A stretch of DNA of 64,000 nt from Neocallimastix sp. 'constans' (lineage: Eukaryota), in assembly GCA_050613775.1 (NCBI GenBank), contig JBODTK010000137.1, forward strand, positions 248,001 through 312,000. Reading direction: 5' to 3'. A model generated the notes under the pieces. It ran no database searches. It saw only the letters and a list, made by a program, of their open reading frames with translations, and was not told the origin of the DNA. This document shows positions 60,590 through 64,000 of the stretch, piece by piece (the stretch's first letter is position 1; each line of letters opens with the position of its first letter). A program made the translations under genes and the position numbers.

Positions 60590-61890
60590 TATTATTGTTA
60601 TTATTAATGTAAATTTCATAATTCTTGAAATATCTCCAGTATTTCTTTTATTATTAAATTAATTATTATAATTATTATTATTAATTTTATATTATATATA
60701 TTAATATTAAATCTAATGTTATTAAAAAAAAAATATTTGATAAATTTTTTTTGTTAAAGTTAACTTTTATTTTATTCTTTTTTTATTTGAGGCATTAAAA
60801 TAATATAATTAAAGTATTCTATATTATTAATGTAAAATATTATAATCCTTGAAAAGGCTCAAATATTTCATTTGTTATTTTGATAATTATATTTTTATAT
60901 TATATATATTAATGTTATATTTGTTGTTATTAAAAATAAGATATTTGATAAATTTTTTTTATTATAAATTTCATTAAAAATAAATGTAATTAATATTATT
61001 AAATAATTCATCCCTTTCAATGTTATTTTTTTTTTATTTTATTTTTTTATCAAAGGTATTAAAATAACATAACCAAAGTATTCTCTATTATTAATGTAAA
61101 TTTTATAATCCTTGAAATATTGAAGATATTTCTTTTATTATTTAATTAATTATTATAATTATTATTATTATTAATTTTATATTATATATATTGATATTAA
61201 ATCTAACGCTATTAAAAAAAAAAAAAAAGATATTTGATAATTTTTTTTTTATAAATTTCGTTAAATAAAAATAAATGTACTAGAATATTAATATTATTAA
61301 ACATCCCTTTCAATGCTACTTTTATTTTATTTTATTTTTATCTAAGTATTAAAATTAAACATAATTAAATATTCTCTATTATTAATATAAATTTTTATAA
61401 TCCTTGAAATATCTCTAGTATTTTTTTTATTATTATATTAATTATTATAATTATTATTATTAATTTTATATTATATATATTAATATATATATATTAATAT
61501 TAAATCTAATGTAATTTAATGCTATTAAAAAAAAGAAATTTGATAAATTTTTTTTAGTATAAATTTCATTAAAAATAAATGTAATTAATATCATTAAATA
61601 ATTCATCCCTTTCAACGTTAACTTTTATTTTATTTTATTTTTTAATCCAAGGTATTGAAATAACATAATTAAATTATTCTATATTATTAATATAATCCTT
61701 GAAATATCTCCAAAATTTCTTTTATTATTTTATTAATTATTATAATTATTATTATTAATTTTATAAATATATTAATATTAAATCTAATGCTATTTAAAAA
61801 TATATTTGATAATTTTTTTTTATAAATTTCATTAAAAATAAATATAAATAGTATTATTAAATAATTCATCTCTTTCAATGTTACTTTTAT
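60590..61890. repeat. Degenerate tandem repeat, 5 units of about 225-295 bp
   Basis: Anchor ATAAT[C/T]CTTGAAA at 60618, 60842, 61105, 61397 and 61692. Shared ATTAAATCTAA, ATTTGATAA and ATCCCTTTCAA blocks recur in most units. Confidence 0.85.
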
Positions 61891-63636
61891 TTTATAATAT
61901 TTTTTTTATATATATTATTAAAATATCATTATTAAAGTATTCAGTATTTATAAAAAAAAAAAAAAAAAGTATTTAATAGTATGTTGAAAGAATTTTATTA
62001 TTAGCTATATACCAATTATTTGAAATTTTATTATTTATTATTAGATAGTAATAAACCAAAAATAATAATAAAAAAAATAATAAAAAAAAACTATAAACAT
62101 TTATATATAATATATTAATAAATATTTTTTTTCTTTATTATTTTTTTTTGTATATTTCATATCTCTTATATTATTTACTTTTTTTTTTTTTCTTTTGCTT
62201 TGTAATTAAACTAACGGAGTACTCTCCTTTTATATATATATATATATATATATTAGAATTATAAAAATATTTTTTTTCTTTTGAAAATTCGAATTAAAGT
62301 AATAATAATAAAAAATATTCTATTAATTTAATAATTAATTTATAATATATGAAATAATTTTCTTTTTTTTTTTTTTTATTGTTATTTATTTATTTAATAA
62401 TAATTTTTTTTATATATTATGTATTATATAAATATATTATATTATTATATTAAAAATTTTATAATATTTCAATATTTTAAATATTTTATAAAGAAAAAAT
62501 TTGTATGTATTTAAAAAGAAAAAAAAAAATTATATATATTGCAATTTTTTTATATATATTGATTAAATTATAAAATATATCAATTTTTATTTAAATAAAT
62601 TAGTATAATATATTTTAATAAATTAATAATGTATTATTTATATAATGAAATATATATGTTTTTTTTATTAAATATTTTATAATTTTAAAATATTTTATTA
62701 AGTTTAAAATATTTTATTAATTGTGTAATAGTTTATAAACACAATTTAATAATTAAATAATTTTTAATCTATTGAAAAAGTTTATTAATTAGAAAAATTT
62801 TATTAAATGGAAAATAAATAAAAGAATTCCAAAATTTTTTGATACAATGAATCTAATTTATATTAAAAATTATCAAAATAAAAAATAAAAAATAAAAAAT
62901 AAATAAATAAACTTAGAAAGAGAGAAATTAATCTAAATTTTAATTAATCTTAAATTCTTTTAATCTTTTATATACAATAATTTTTTTATTAAAAGAATAA
63001 ATAAATAAAATAATAATAATAATGGAATTTAATAAATAATAAAAACAAAATATCTATATTATTTATTAATTGTACTGATTAAATTTACTTATTTTTAATT
63101 TATTTTTTAAAGAAAAAAAAAATCTTTTTTTTAATAGAAAATAATATTAAATAATATTATTTTCTCTCTCCTGAAAGAACAAAAAAAAAAAAAAAAATTG
63201 TTTATGGTAATATGCAATTTCATTAATATTTTTCATTAATATTTTTATGTATTATATAATACGGAATTTAAACATAATAAATTTTGGGAAAATAATAATA
63301 TAAATTTTAATATATATGAATTACTAAAAAAAAAAAAAAAAAAGAAAAAAAATGAATAATAAAGATAAATTAGAATAATATAATATTAATAATTAATTTG
63401 AGGGAAAAAAAACTATTTTATATATTAGTAATTATTTATATTTTATTGAATAATTATATAATATTATATTAATAATTAATTTGAATAAAAAAAAATTTTT
63501 ATATATTAATAATTATTTATATTTTATGATGTACATTGAATAATTATTATAATCTATATCTTAAAAATTTCTTTTATTTTACGGAAAATAATATTTTAAC
63601 ATTGATTAATTGATTAATTATTAATTATTACTACAG

Positions 63637-63671
<35 letters not shown>

Positions 63672-64000
63672 ATAAAAACATTTATATAATACTCTCTATA
63701 TATAATTTTTTGAACAAATTTAAAAAAAAAAAAAAAAATTTTTTTCTACTATGATCATATTAAAAATATTAAAAAAAAAAAGTATAAAAATAACTTCATA
63801 AAAAAAATTTGGTATTAATCTTTTTTTTAACATTCAAAAAACATGTTTTTCATAAAACCATGTTATATTATAAATTAAAAAATTAAAAATAGATTAATAA
63901 GAAAAATTATAATAATATAATAATATTGTAATTAATGAATGTTATTCATATTAATATTTATATTTCATTTAATCCTTTTTTTTATTTTTTATTTTTTTTT

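Overview
Very AT-rich, intron-rich eukaryotic DNA. The base composition, poly-Asn proteins, A-rich introns and fungal-type CRM1 suggest an anaerobic gut fungus (Neocallimastigomycota); this is inferred, not proven. Five host genes are visible: exportin CRM1/XPO1 (minus, about 19 exons), a divergently transcribed IQ-motif + TCP11/SOK1-domain gene (plus), an orphan multi-exon gene with Trp-containing short repeats (minus), a Mid2/Wsc-like single-pass surface protein (minus) and a 7-TM GPCR-like gene (minus). The most striking region is a four-level retrotransposon nest at 33.7-45.6 kb. A decayed Tf1/Tf2-like Ty3/Gypsy element carries three insertions of a non-coding TGTAA...TTACA family (620-764 bp, 5-bp TSDs, probably solo LTRs). 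Two of them sit head-to-head at exactly the same CTAAG site, which is triplicated. One of those two holds a full-length Ty1/Copia element (339-bp TG...TA LTRs, ATTTT TSD), whose RNase H is interrupted by a fourth family member. Junctions were reconstructed by eye, and removing the inserts restores the host reading frames. Minisatellites, long hairpins, a candidate structured RNA in the Gypsy leader and several decayed coding remnants are also present. No database searches were run, so family names rest on motif recognition.
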